A DNA stretch of 64,000 nucleotides from an uncultured Porphyromonadaceae bacterium (GCA_900538555.1 UPYI01000001.1:260273-324272), one strand, 5' to 3'. Positions 1 through 9,590 are shown, counted from the first letter of the stretch. The notes: generated from the letters alone by a model not told the origin. A program made the numbers and translations.

Positions 1-36
1 CGTCGGGATATACCGGAGGGAAATAACTAACAACTA

Positions 37-786
37 TTGCGTATGAAACAAAAGTACGGTTTAATCGGTTTTCCATTGGGACATTCGTTTTCCAAAAGTT
101 TTTTCAACGAAAAATTCCAATCGGAAAATATCCATGCGGAATACATCAATTACGAAATTCCGGAGATCAAGAAATTAAAAAAGATACTCACGACCGAAAA
201 AGAGTTGTGCGGACTGAATGTTACATTGCCTTACAAAGAGGCTGTGATACCCTATCTGGATGAGATCGACGACGAAGCCCGTAAAATCGGCGCGGTGAAT
301 GTCATCAAATTCATTCGTTCGGGGAACCAGTTGAAAACCAAAGGATATAATTCGGATATTATCGGATTTTCCGATTCGATAGAACCGTTGCTGACCGAAG
401 CCCGCTCGCATGCATTGGTATTGGGAACGGGTGGTGCCGCCAAAGCTATCTGCGTCGGGTTGGAGAATCTGGGCATCGAGGTAACCAAAGTCTCGCGCGT
501 ACGGAAACCGGGATGTATCAGCTACGACGATATTACACCCGAAATCATGTTCCGCAATAAAATTATCGTAAACACCACACCTCTGGGCATGTACCCGAAC
601 ATCGAATCGTGCCCCAATATACAATACGACAAACTGACACCGGAACATCTATGTTACGACCTGATTTACAATCCGGACGAAACCTTGTTCTTGAAAAAGA
701 GCGCGCAATACGGCGCGGAAACAAAAAACGGACTGGAAATGCTGTTATTGCAAGCATTCGCCACATGGGATATTTGGCAAAGATAA
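37..786 (+). CDS. aroE: Shikimate 5-dehydrogenase
   Basis: The N-terminal YGLIGFPLGHSFS motif is typical of AroE. A Rossmann GTGGAAKA-like motif (LGTGGAAKAI) follows. Length 249 aa. The alternative start at 43 is equally plausible. Confidence 0.85.
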   Translation: MRMKQKYGLIGFPLGHSFSKSFFNEKFQSENIHAEYINYEIPEIKKLKKILTTEKELCGLNVTLPYKEAVIPYLDEIDDEARKIGAVNVIKFIRSGNQLKTKGYNSDIIGFSDSIEPLLTEARSHALVLGTGGAAKAICVGLENLGIEVTKVSRVRKPGCISYDDITPEIMFRNKIIVNTTPLGMYPNIESCPNIQYDKLTPEHLCYDLIYNPDETLFLKKSAQYGAETKNGLEMLLLQAFATWDIWQR

Positions 787-835
787 AACGAGCCGAATAC
801 AGAGCTAAGTTTATTTAGGCTATGTTAAGGCGAAG

Positions 836-925
836 TTTATCTTATATAAAGATAAAGCAAATCGAGAGCAGAGACATCAAATTTATTTGAACGGCTATGC
901 CGAGTGCTGCCTATCTTCTATAAAA
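836..925 (+). repeat. Family-1 promoter-like repeat, copy 1 (between aroE and the LysR gene)
   Basis: Roughly 88% identical by manual alignment to unit 2 of copy A: TTTATCTTATATAAAGATAAAGCAAATCGAGAGCAGAGACATCAAATTTATTTGAACGGCTATGCCGAGTGCTGCCTATCTTCTATAAAA. Confidence 0.75.
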
Positions 926-935
926 TGGAAAAACG

Positions 936-1823
936 ATGATCGATACCCGACTGAAAGTGTTTTGCAGTGTAGCCCGTAACCTGAGCTTCACCAAGGCTTC
1001 GAGAGAACTGCATATTTCCCAACCAGCTATCAGCAAACATATCCACGAGCTGGAAAACGAATACAATATCGCCCTGTTCGAGCGACTGGGAACACGAATA
1101 GAATTGACCCACGCGGGAGAGTTGTTGCTCAGCCACGCCGAGAAGATCATCGATAACTACCGGTCGCTCAATTTCGAGATGAACCTGTTGTCGGAACAAC
1201 ATGTGGGTGAATTGCGTTTGGGCGCAAGTACCACTATCGCACAATATGTATTGCCGCCTTTCCTCGCATCCTTCGCCCAAAAATTCCGACAGATAAAGGT
1301 ATCGTTGCTCAACGGGAACACCCAAGAGATCGAACATGCCATAGACGAGCACCGGATCGACCTCGGACTGGTAGAGGGGCGAAGCAACCAACCGCACCTG
1401 CATTACATTCCGTTCATGAAAGATGAACTGGTGCTGGTTGTAAACGCACAAAGCAAATTGGCGGCACTCGATGAAATCACGCTCGACGAGTTGAAAGAGA
1501 TGCCGTTGGTCATCCGGGAAAACGGATCGGGCAGCCTCGAAGTGCTGAAACACAAATTATCGGAACACAATATCCGGTTATCGGATCTGAACGTCATCAT
1601 GCAATTGGGCAGTACCGAAAGCATCAAATTATTTATAGAATCGACCGAGTGCGCCGGTATCATCTCCATACAAGCTATCGCACGCGATCTCTACGCCGGC
1701 AAATTCAAGATTATAGAAATTACCGACTTTTGTTGCGAACGCTCGTTCAGCTTCGTACAGCATATCGGGCAAAACGCCGGTATTGTCCGCGATTTCATGC
1801 GGTATGTAACACAAAACTTTTAG
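936..1823 (+). CDS. LysR-family transcriptional regulator
   Basis: The N-terminal HTH region (KVFCSVARNLSFTKASRELHISQPAISKHIHELE) is typical of LysR-type regulators, followed by the usual substrate-binding domain. Length 295 aa. It lies immediately upstream of a YeiH-family transporter, the classic yeiE-yeiH pairing. Confidence 0.85.
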   Translation: MIDTRLKVFCSVARNLSFTKASRELHISQPAISKHIHELENEYNIALFERLGTRIELTHAGELLLSHAEKIIDNYRSLNFEMNLLSEQHVGELRLGASTTIAQYVLPPFLASFAQKFRQIKVSLLNGNTQEIEHAIDEHRIDLGLVEGRSNQPHLHYIPFMKDELVLVVNAQSKLAALDEITLDELKEMPLVIRENGSGSLEVLKHKLSEHNIRLSDLNVIMQLGSTESIKLFIESTECAGIISIQAIARDLYAGKFKIIEITDFCCERSFSFVQHIGQNAGIVRDFMRYVTQNF

Positions 1824-1932
1824 CCGGCAAAAGCTATAACATTCCGTTATAGGGTATGATTTTTTTTGAAGTTATTTTCCGAGAATAATGTTTTACATTT
1901 GCAAAGGATAAGAAACACAAAAAAACATACAC

Positions 1933-2892
1933 ATGACATCTTTTTTTTCTTTCACACACAAGTACAGCCGGGCGATCTTCATCCTATTGGTCTGCCTGTC
2001 GTTGCTGCCGCAAGTAAGTCCGGCAATCGCCTTGTTCGCCGGATTGGTTTTCGCATTCACTTGCGGACAAGCCTACCCTAAATTCAGTAAAAAATGTTCC
2101 AAGTACTTGCTGCAAATCTCGGTTGTCGGGCTCGGATTCGGCATGAATCTGCACGACTCCCTGCAAGCCGGAAAAGAGGGAATGCTCTTTACCATCGTAT
2201 CGGTCGTATCGGTCATGGTGATCGGCTGGCTGATCGGCAAATGGATGAAGATCGATAAGAAGACTTCGTATCTGATCTCTTCGGGAACGGCAATCTGCGG
2301 AGGTAGCGCCATTGCAGCCGTCGCCCCCGTTGTCAAAGCCGACGACAACCAGATGTCGGTAGCATTAGGCACGGTATTCGTACTGAATGCCATCGCCCTG
2401 TTTATTTTTCCCCCGATCGGACATTTTCTCGGAATGACCGAAGAACAGTTCGGCATGTGGGCTGCCATTGCCATCCACGATACCAGTTCGGTTGTGGGAG
2501 CCGGAGCCGCTTACGGACCGAAAGCGTTGGAAATCGCCACCCTCGTCAAACTGACCCGTGCCCTTTGGATCATTCCCCTCGCCCTGATCACAACCGTATT
2601 TTTCAAAGAGAAATCGGGCAAAATCTCCATCCCTTGGTTCATCTTCTACTTCGTATTGGCAATGATCATCAACACCTATCTTTTCCCGAAAATCATGAGC
2701 CCCGAATGGCAATCGACAGTGTGCCATAGTCTGACCTGGTGCGCCAAGAAAGGACTGACCGTCACTTTGTTCCTGATCGGATCGGGATTGTCGCGCGACG
2801 TATTGAAACAGGTCGGAATAAAACCGTTGCTGCAAGGTGTCGCATTGTGGTTCTGTATCGGCATCATGAGCTTAGCTGTAATCATGCTGTAA
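1933..2892 (+). CDS. YeiH/UPF0324-family putative sulfate exporter membrane protein
   Basis: A 319-aa polytopic hydrophobic protein with multiple glycine-rich transmembrane segments. It is adjacent to the LysR regulator as in the E. coli yeiE/yeiH pair. Confidence 0.7.
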   Translation: MTSFFSFTHKYSRAIFILLVCLSLLPQVSPAIALFAGLVFAFTCGQAYPKFSKKCSKYLLQISVVGLGFGMNLHDSLQAGKEGMLFTIVSVVSVMVIGWLIGKWMKIDKKTSYLISSGTAICGGSAIAAVAPVVKADDNQMSVALGTVFVLNAIALFIFPPIGHFLGMTEEQFGMWAAIAIHDTSSVVGAGAAYGPKALEIATLVKLTRALWIIPLALITTVFFKEKSGKISIPWFIFYFVLAMIINTYLFPKIMSPEWQSTVCHSLTWCAKKGLTVTLFLIGSGLSRDVLKQVGIKPLLQGVALWFCIGIMSLAVIML

Positions 2893-3096
2893 CCCGACGC
2901 ACAAAAATCCTTTTTTAATTATAGACGAAAAGAGCAGCATAAAACGAATGTTAATGCCGCTCTTTTCTTATTTCTTACCCTCTCGCCGCGAAACAACCCC
3001 GCCGCACTGTCCTCCCCTCGGCATCGTCAAATATTACGGCAAACTGTATGCCGATTGCAAATAAATGCGTATCTTGCTGATTATTCATCGCATACC

Positions 3097-5196
3097 ATGT
3101 ACACGACACCCCTGTCAGCCGGAAAGACACCGTTCCTACGATTCCTGTTGCCCCTCATTGCAGGTATCGTCTGCTCGGAATACGCCGCCATCACAGTCTC
3201 CGGCTATTTCCTTGCCGGTGGTATCGGTATCGGGGGCATGCTTCTGCCCTACCTTCTTCCACATCGAGCGGATATACAATACCGCATGCGACATGTATTC
3301 GGCATCGGGCTATCCGTCTTTATCTTCTCATTCGGCGGATACCTGTCGCTGTGCCGACAACCCGACACCCGAAACATATCCGCCGACCGCTATCCCTACG
3401 CCCTCGCCGAGATAACGGAAATGCCCCGACAAGGAAAACGATCGTTACAAACGACAGCCCGCATCATCGGGTTACAGAACCATGAACGGGAATGCTTCAA
3501 ATACGAGCGGGATATATTGCTCTATTTCCAGCCCGACTCTTCGGCGGCAACCCTGCGAGCCGGAAGCCGGATTTCATTTCGCACAGGATTACAGCCCATC
3601 CGGACGGACGGGAATCCCGATAGTTTCGATTTTGCCCGGTACATGCGTCACCGAGGCATCGTATTCAGCCAATATCTGCCGGCGGAATCGTGGCTATACG
3701 TAGGAGAAACACCCGACCCGGATCTGAAAATCAAAGCGAAGCTATGGCAACAACAGGGTAAAAGGATATTGCAAAAGTGTCGGCTCAGCGAACGCAACTA
3801 TACGGTTTTATGCGCCATGCTGCTGGGCGACAGCCGCACGATCGATCCGATCGTGCGGGAAAGTTTCTCCGCCGCCGGATTATCCCACATTCTTGCGGTA
3901 AGCGGTCTGCATGTCGGTATCATCGCCGGATTGCTCTACTGGCTGTTTTTCCCGTTACGTCACACCCGGCTGCGACGTATCCATCTGCCGGTCACCCTGC
4001 TTGCTTTGTGGGGATATGCTTTTCTGACAGGTCTATCCGCCTCGACCGTCAGGGCAACGATCATGGCAACTTTCGTATCGGGCGGCAGCTGGTTCCGGCG
4101 GCGCAACGTTTCACTCAACGCCCTGTTTGCTTCGGGGTTCTTCATGTTGCTGTATTCCCCGTCCGGAATATTTCAGACCGGATTCCAGATGAGTTTTCTT
4201 GCCGTGACCGGCATACTGCTTTGCCAACCGCTCCTCGAACAGATGCAACGTCGCGCCCCGAACCGGATTCTCCGATACCTCTACGGTTGTATCGGCGTCT
4301 CCGTAGCTGCACAACTCGGCGCATTGCCTGTGGCTTTGTACTATTTTCATACGCTGCCGCTCCTGTTCTTAGTCGCCAATATGCTGGTACTGCCACTCCT
4401 GCCGGCGGTTATGGGCGGCGGCATCCTGCTGTTTCTCTGCCAATGGCTGTTCGGCAACACAGGAATATTATCTCCGGCGGTCGATACCCTGCTGAACGTA
4501 ATAATGGGCATCGCATCCTTTATCGAACAATTGCCGGGCGCAAGCATCCGGCAAATATGGATTCCCGCTTATGCCCTACTACTCTATTTTGTCATCGCAT
4601 TATGCACCTATCTGGCAATCCGTACCCGCAAAGGGATATATGGACTATCGGCTCTGTCGATAAGCGTAGCCGTAATCGGCACGGTACGGATTTTTTCAGA
4701 ACCGACACCCCAATACGAAATCTGTATTTTTGAAAGCCGATCGGGAACTACGATCCATTGGAAAGAAGAGCAACGATATTATCTGTTCCAATCCGAACCG
4801 ACTTCACCGCCGGAACGGATACCCGGCGATGCCTATCGCCTGAAATCGGGCATTCAAGAGACAGTATATATCGACAACTCCTCGGACTCGGTCTACTATC
4901 TGCCTCCGTTCTGCGATTTCTACGGCTACCGGATGTTTATAGCCGACGGCAATATAGCGGACGAATCCTACCCGAACGATATGGACTTTTTAGTTATCAC
5001 CCGACATTTTGACGGGAACCTGCGAAATATCATCCTGCAAACGAAGCCTGCGGAAATTATCTTCACAGCCGATATCCCGAAGCGGAAAGAAGATTATTAT
5101 ATCCAGCAATGCGCTGCAACGGGATGCCGTTACCATAGCATCCGCCGGAACGGATATTGGTCGTACCCGATATGGAGAAAAAGAGATATCCCATAA
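3097..5196 (+). CDS. comEC: ComEC/Rec2-family DNA internalization competence protein
   Basis: The competence-domain motif LLGDSRTIDPIVRESFSAAGLSHILAVSGLHVGI is present. The N-terminal part is polytopic membrane, with a C-terminal extension. The ORF track starts it at 3055; the internal ATG at 3097 (MYTTPLSAGKTPFLRFLLPLIAGIV) fits a membrane N-terminus better. Confidence 0.8.
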   Translation: MYTTPLSAGKTPFLRFLLPLIAGIVCSEYAAITVSGYFLAGGIGIGGMLLPYLLPHRADIQYRMRHVFGIGLSVFIFSFGGYLSLCRQPDTRNISADRYPYALAEITEMPRQGKRSLQTTARIIGLQNHERECFKYERDILLYFQPDSSAATLRAGSRISFRTGLQPIRTDGNPDSFDFARYMRHRGIVFSQYLPAESWLYVGETPDPDLKIKAKLWQQQGKRILQKCRLSERNYTVLCAMLLGDSRTIDPIVRESFSAAGLSHILAVSGLHVGIIAGLLYWLFFPLRHTRLRRIHLPVTLLALWGYAFLTGLSASTVRATIMATFVSGGSWFRRRNVSLNALFASGFFMLLYSPSGIFQTGFQMSFLAVTGILLCQPLLEQMQRRAPNRILRYLYGCIGVSVAAQLGALPVALYYFHTLPLLFLVANMLVLPLLPAVMGGGILLFLCQWLFGNTGILSPAVDTLLNVIMGIASFIEQLPGASIRQIWIPAYALLLYFVIALCTYLAIRTRKGIYGLSALSISVAVIGTVRIFSEPTPQYEICIFESRSGTTIHWKEEQRYYLFQSEPTSPPERIPGDAYRLKSGIQETVYIDNSSDSVYYLPPFCDFYGYRMFIADGNIADESYPNDMDFLVITRHFDGNLRNIILQTKPAEIIFTADIPKRKEDYYIQQCAATGCRYHSIRRNGYWSYPIWRKRDIP

Positions 5197-5203
5197 AAGC
5201 AGT

Positions 5204-5273
5204 GCGGCGTACAGCGTCCGACCCGACCGTCCGGAGATATGCCGGAACAATCGTCTTTAACGCTGTACGCCGC
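5204..5273. terminator. Nested stem-loop between convergent comEC and the DUF5606-like gene
   Basis: A 13-bp perfect stem (GCGGCGTACAGCG at 5204-5216 pairing with CGCTGTACGCCGC at 5261-5273) encloses an inner TCCGG(AGATATG)CCGGA hairpin. It is positioned between two convergent genes. Confidence 0.45.
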
Positions 5274-5301
5274 CTTGTATTATATCGGTGAAGCCGGTCT
5301 G

Positions 5302-5736
5302 TTATTCGGCTTTCTCTTCCGCTGCTGTTTCCTCATCTTCGGCTTTCGGCAAGAAGTCGTCGTTACCCGAAGCCACCAACAGATTGTACCAGCTGATCAG
5401 TTTCTTCACATCGCCCGGGTGTACCCGTTCTCTGTCGAAGTCGGGTACGATCTCGGCAAAATAGGCAAACAGGGTTTTGTTGTCGGCTTTCTTATATTCC
5501 AACGACGATTGTGCGCCGGATTCTTTTTCTTTCAATTTTTGGAGAACTTCTGCCAAAGGTATTTCTCCGGTCTCGGTAAACATGGCGATATCGCCCAACG
5601 AAATCACTTTATCACGGGCATAAGCCGGAATGCGTTTCCCGTCGGTCAAAGATTCTACGACCAACATGTTTTTTGCCTGAGATACCAACTTATATAAACC
5701 GGGCTTACCGGAGATAGACAAAATCAGTTTAAGCAT
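5302..5736 (-). CDS. Conserved hypothetical protein (DUF5606-like)
   Basis: A 144-aa soluble protein with an acidic C-terminus (EDEETAAEEKAE). I recognise it only by recollection of a conserved Bacteroidales hypothetical family. Confidence 0.45.
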   Translation of the reverse strand: MLKLILSISGKPGLYKLVSQAKNMLVVESLTDGKRIPAYARDKVISLGDIAMFTETGEIPLAEVLQKLKEKESGAQSSLEYKKADNKTLFAYFAEIVPDFDRERVHPGDVKKLISWYNLLVASGNDDFLPKAEDEETAAEEKAE

Positions 5737-5853
5737 AATTTTTTCCGTTTTTATAATTCACAATTCGATTTATTTTTGAAATCTATTTCGTTTTCTTCTT
5801 TCGAAGGCAAAAGTAATATTACTATTTGACTTTCGGGACAAGAATGTTTAAAA

Positions 5854-6441
5854 TTAACGATTTTTTCTTTCGCCCGACTCATTCAAAAGGCGCAGCACTT
5901 CCGGGATCAAAGGTGTGATACCGTCATTTCGGATCACCGCAGGTCGGTACTGCATCCGTTCCGCATCCGACATCTGGGATGCGATACGCTGCCGCACCTC
6001 CGCTTCCGTCATGCCGTTACGGCACATCACCCGATGTACCCGCACCTCATCGGGGGCAGTCACCAACCAGACCCGATCGACCAGATCGTGGAATCCGGAT
6101 TCGTATAAAATCGCCGATTCCATAAATACAAGCGGTGCAGACTGACTGTCCGCCCATGTACCGAAATGCCGACGCACCACCGGATGAACTATGGCGTTGA
6201 GACGTTGGAGCGCTTGCGCATCCTTGAAAACGATTCGAGCCAAAGCCGCCCGGTCCAACCCGTCTTTTGCATACAGTCCCGCGCCGAATGCGGCTTCTAT
6301 ATTCTGCCGTATTTCCGCCGATGTATTCATCAATCGCCGTGCTTCCAGATCGGTATCGTACACGGGATAGCCCATGATGCGCAGCAAATGCGACACCACG
6401 GATTTACCGCTTCCGATTCCACCTGTAATGGCTATCCGCAT
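5854..6441 (-). CDS. coaE: Dephospho-CoA kinase
   Basis: An N-terminal P-loop (MRIAITGGIGSGKSVV) is present. Length 195 aa, typical of CoaE. Confidence 0.9.
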   Translation of the reverse strand: MRIAITGGIGSGKSVVSHLLRIMGYPVYDTDLEARRLMNTSAEIRQNIEAAFGAGLYAKDGLDRAALARIVFKDAQALQRLNAIVHPVVRRHFGTWADSQSAPLVFMESAILYESGFHDLVDRVWLVTAPDEVRVHRVMCRNGMTEAEVRQRIASQMSDAERMQYRPAVIRNDGITPLIPEVLRLLNESGERKNR

Positions 6442-6457
6442 AGTTTCAACAGTCCGG

Positions 6458-7471
6458 TTAATGCGACGCAGAAAGTACGTCCTGTTCGATAATATATTCT
6501 ACACTGTCCTTCGACAGTTGAATGTTCCGTACGTTTTCGGGAGAAGAAAGCACCTGCAACGCCGCTTTTGTCCCGCTCTTTTTTCTCAACGAATTGAAAT
6601 CGACCGATACCAAGAACGACTCCGGTTTTATTTCCGCAAATTTACTGACCGGCATCATACAGGTCAGATTCACCACCGACGGGAACGTAAGCACCGACCA
6701 GTCGCGCGGTGTATTCTGGACAATCACCGGCACGGTAAGCGTTTTCAAAGTAAGTTCTTCAACCGGAACGATGACCTCGACCGAATCGGGTATAATACGT
6801 GCGCCCGGTATCTTCTCGGTCTTTACCGTCAAACGCAATGAGTCGGAAAGTGCCGATACTTCAAAACTTTCGGTTTTCACTTCCGTAAGTTTTTTCAGTA
6901 CCGATGCCGGAGCATAAACGGTCACCGAATCGGACAGAGCACAAATATCGCCGCTCAACACACACTGGGGTATGACAGTCGCCTTTCCTTGTACGACCAA
7001 CGGAAGGCGGCGACCCTCGTCGAGCGAATAAATCCATTGCGCCGTATCGGGCGATACGGATATGAGCGTACTGGAATTGCGCAGGTTGTTGCGCACCATG
7101 CTTTCGATCTGCGACGCATTCAGCGAAAAAGAGTTTCTGCCTTTGCTATATACAGAAAAATCGACGGTTATCGGCGATATGCGATTGATGTAGTAACTGG
7201 CAATTACCATACCCTTGTCGCGTACACGTACATCGACATACGGCTCGGGCTCGGAGATAAAGACCGCTTTGTCGGGTACATTTTCCAAACGGAGCGGTAC
7301 CCGATAGTTCGATACCCCGTCCTCGTTCAACGCGAACAACGCCCAGAAAAAGGTGGAAAGGACTACGAACCCGGCGAACGTAAGTATCTCTTTCGAGCGT
7401 TCTTCTTTCGCCCACCTTTTCACAGAATTCCATCTGTCTTTCAGATAATCGGCAATTTGATTGAATATCAT
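6458..7471 (-). CDS. YbbR-like domain-containing protein
   Basis: A 337-aa protein with an N-terminal transmembrane anchor followed by repeated beta-rich YbbR-like segments. It sits in the conserved Bacteroidetes nusB-yajC-ybbR-coaE block. Confidence 0.6.
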   Translation of the reverse strand: MIFNQIADYLKDRWNSVKRWAKEERSKEILTFAGFVVLSTFFWALFALNEDGVSNYRVPLRLENVPDKAVFISEPEPYVDVRVRDKGMVIASYYINRISPITVDFSVYSKGRNSFSLNASQIESMVRNNLRNSSTLISVSPDTAQWIYSLDEGRRLPLVVQGKATVIPQCVLSGDICALSDSVTVYAPASVLKKLTEVKTESFEVSALSDSLRLTVKTEKIPGARIIPDSVEVIVPVEELTLKTLTVPVIVQNTPRDWSVLTFPSVVNLTCMMPVSKFAEIKPESFLVSVDFNSLRKKSGTKAALQVLSSPENVRNIQLSKDSVEYIIEQDVLSASH

Positions 7472-7594
7472 ATCGTAAGTTCATTGATCGGCATAAAACA
7501 AAGATAAAGTTTTTTATCCGGTTCATAAACGAATGGACAAAAAACTTTATCAATATCTTTTCAGAATGGCAACCTATCCGACTGCCTGTCCGGT

Positions 7595-7921
7595 TTAGCG
7601 TTGCGGTTGTTCGCCGGCTTCGGGTACCGAAGGATATACCGAATCTTTGGCAATGCGGATGCGGGTGTTTTCTGCAATCTCCACTATAAATGTAGTATCT
7701 TTTACTTCTTTGATTTTGCCGTAGATTCCTCCTGCGGTAACGATTTTATCGCCGACCGTCAATGCTTCGCGGAATTTACGAATTTCCTTTTGTTTTTTCG
7801 ATTGCGGACGGATCATGAAGAAATAGAATACGGCTACCAATGCAACCATCATCAGAATACTCATCATACCACCGCCTTGTGTTGCAGCCTGATCTTGTAA
7901 AAGAATAGATAAGAGTGTCAT
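7595..7921 (-). CDS. yajC: Preprotein translocase subunit YajC
   Basis: A 108-aa protein with a single transmembrane segment (MMSILMMVALVAVFYFFMIRPQSKKQKE) followed by a KVGDKIVTAGGIYGKI-like motif. Confidence 0.85.
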   Translation of the reverse strand: MTLLSILLQDQAATQGGGMMSILMMVALVAVFYFFMIRPQSKKQKEIRKFREALTVGDKIVTAGGIYGKIKEVKDTTFIVEIAENTRIRIAKDSVYPSVPEAGEQPQR

Positions 7922-8076
7922 ACTTTTATTGTTTTTCTGTTAATAAATAACGTGTTTCCATTGCCAGAACCTGTCGAGGTTCACCTCTCCGAACGTTTTT
8001 GCAAGATCGGAGACTATACAAAGATAGTGCAAGCCGAATACAGAGCCGAGGTTACTCAGGCTAATGTTGAGGCGCA

Positions 8077-8258
8077 GCCTATCTTCTACAAAGATAGTGC
8101 AAGGTGAGAACAGAAGCAAATGGGAAACAACGTTTCACGATTTGAATATGCCGAACCGTAGCCTATCTTCTACAAAGATAATGCAAATCGAGAGCAGAGA
8201 CATCAAACTTGTTTGAAAGGGCTATGCCAAGATGCCGCTTATCTTCTACAAAGATAAA
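8077..8258 (+). repeat. Family-1 promoter-like repeat, copy A: 2.3 tandem units in direct orientation between nusB and yajC
   Basis: Units begin with CCTATCTTCTACAAAGATA(G/A)TGCAA. The reverse complement of 9408-9590 matches this region at about 90% identity, as judged by manual alignment. Confidence 0.8.
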
Positions 8259-8266
8259 CAAAAATA

Positions 8267-9193
8267 TTATTCTTTTGTTAGAACCCGTTGTTTTTTTAGG
8301 TCATCGACAATGGCATCGAGTACTCCATTGACGAAAACACCGCTTTTGGGAGTACTGTATGCTTTGGCTATTTCGATATACTCGTTCAACGTCACCCGTG
8401 TAGGTATGGCGGGGAAATTGTAGATTTCGCAAAGCGCCACCATCATGATCACGACATCCATGAACGCGATACGTTCGGCTTCCCAGTTTTTCGTGAAACG
8501 ATTGATATAGTCGCGGTATTCCTCGCTTTTGAGAACGGTTCCACTGAACAGTTCGCCGGCAAAGCGGGCATCTTCTTCGTCTTTGTACATCGGCAGAAGT
8601 TTCTGCGAAACACCATTCTCCGGATCGAAACGTTTGATGGTTTTCAGAACGAACGTAGAGATAATATCCAGATCGTCGTTCCAATAAAGGGATTTCGATT
8701 CCAACAATTCGATCAGATCCTCGTCGGTAGAGATAATCGTTTTGAACGTCTTGCGCCAGAACTCGCTATCCGCCTCGTACGAATTGTCGGACGACGACAT
8801 GTATTCGGCATATATATCGCTTTTCAGAATACGATCCAACAAATCGCGGATGAACTCCGGATCATTATCCCACGACACTTTGTGCTCGTCGAAATAAGAT
8901 ACATAATCGAAGCAAGAACGCAATTGCGCGATGAAACGGTTATCGACAAAACGCATATTGGGGTTCTTCTCCTCGGGCGTAGCAAAGAACTTTTGTTTAG
9001 CTGCTTCTACCCGATTGCGTTGCGCATCGGTAAGCGAGACCATCAAAGCCAACAACAAATGATATAACTCATAGGATTTTTCCAGACTGAAAATCAACTC
9101 TTTTTCCGCCGCGTGCAATGTTCTGTCCTTGGTAAGGAAATAGGAATACGCCATTTGAACGACCTTAATGCGGATTAAAATACGATTCACCAT
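8267..9193 (-). CDS. nusB: Transcription antitermination factor NusB (long Bacteroidetes form)
   Basis: A NusB-fold C-terminus (EYIEIAKAYSTPKSGVFVNGVLDAIVDDL) is present. Length 308 aa. Synteny with yajC, ybbR and coaE supports the call. Confidence 0.8.
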   Translation of the reverse strand: MVNRILIRIKVVQMAYSYFLTKDRTLHAAEKELIFSLEKSYELYHLLLALMVSLTDAQRNRVEAAKQKFFATPEEKNPNMRFVDNRFIAQLRSCFDYVSYFDEHKVSWDNDPEFIRDLLDRILKSDIYAEYMSSSDNSYEADSEFWRKTFKTIISTDEDLIELLESKSLYWNDDLDIISTFVLKTIKRFDPENGVSQKLLPMYKDEEDARFAGELFSGTVLKSEEYRDYINRFTKNWEAERIAFMDVVIMMVALCEIYNFPAIPTRVTLNEYIEIAKAYSTPKSGVFVNGVLDAIVDDLKKQRVLTKE

Positions 9194-9407
9194 ATTGAAA
9201 CGAAGTATGTAATGAACTATGTTATATGTTTAAGCATCTTTCTTGCGTTGCAAAGGTAGTGCATTTTTGTCTGTGAGCCTATACTTCCCGCCTCTTTTTT
9301 TCGGAAGGAAGCCCTTTTTTACGGGTTCTGCTTTCATTTTGCCACCGATCGGGAAATAAGTTTTTATCATTTTTTATTTGTTCTGCAAAATAAATTTAAA
9401 TATCTTT

Positions 9408-9590
9408 GTAGAAGATAGGTTGCATCTCGGCAAAGCCATTCAAACAAGTTTGATGTCTCTGCTCTCGATTTGCACTATCTTTGTAGAAGATAGGCTACGG
9501 TTCGGCATAATCAAATCGTGAAACACCGTTTTCCATTTGCTTCTGCTCTCACCTTGCACTATCTTTGTAAAAGAGAAGCGGCATCCCGGC
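9408..9590 (-). repeat. Family-1 promoter-like repeat, copy B: inverted relative to copy A, upstream of nusB and of the DUF3276 gene
   Basis: TATCTTTGTAGAAGATAGG modules occur three times. These provide TAnnTTTG boxes on the plus strand facing the gene that starts at 9700. Confidence 0.8.

Noticed and set aside
3777-4733. 318-aa alternate-frame ORF inside comEC, plus several 60-120-aa overlapping ORFs
   Set aside because: They overlap a well-supported ComEC reading frame. They are Arg/Pro-rich and low-complexity. These are typical out-of-frame artefacts.
8077-8258. CRISPR-like appearance of family-1 repeats: conserved ~25-bp block alternating with ~58-bp variable blocks
   Set aside because: The variable blocks are themselves similar between units and between loci. 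Units are only about 2-3 per locus. No cas genes are present. The spacer-like regions are far longer than real spacers.
8077-9590. Site-specific invertible promoter (fimbrial or capsule-switch type) around nusB
   Set aside because: The inverted repeats are about 180 bp rather than about 20-30 bp. They enclose a whole 1.1-kb essential gene. No tyrosine or serine recombinase gene is nearby. I kept it as a homologous-recombination inversion candidate only.
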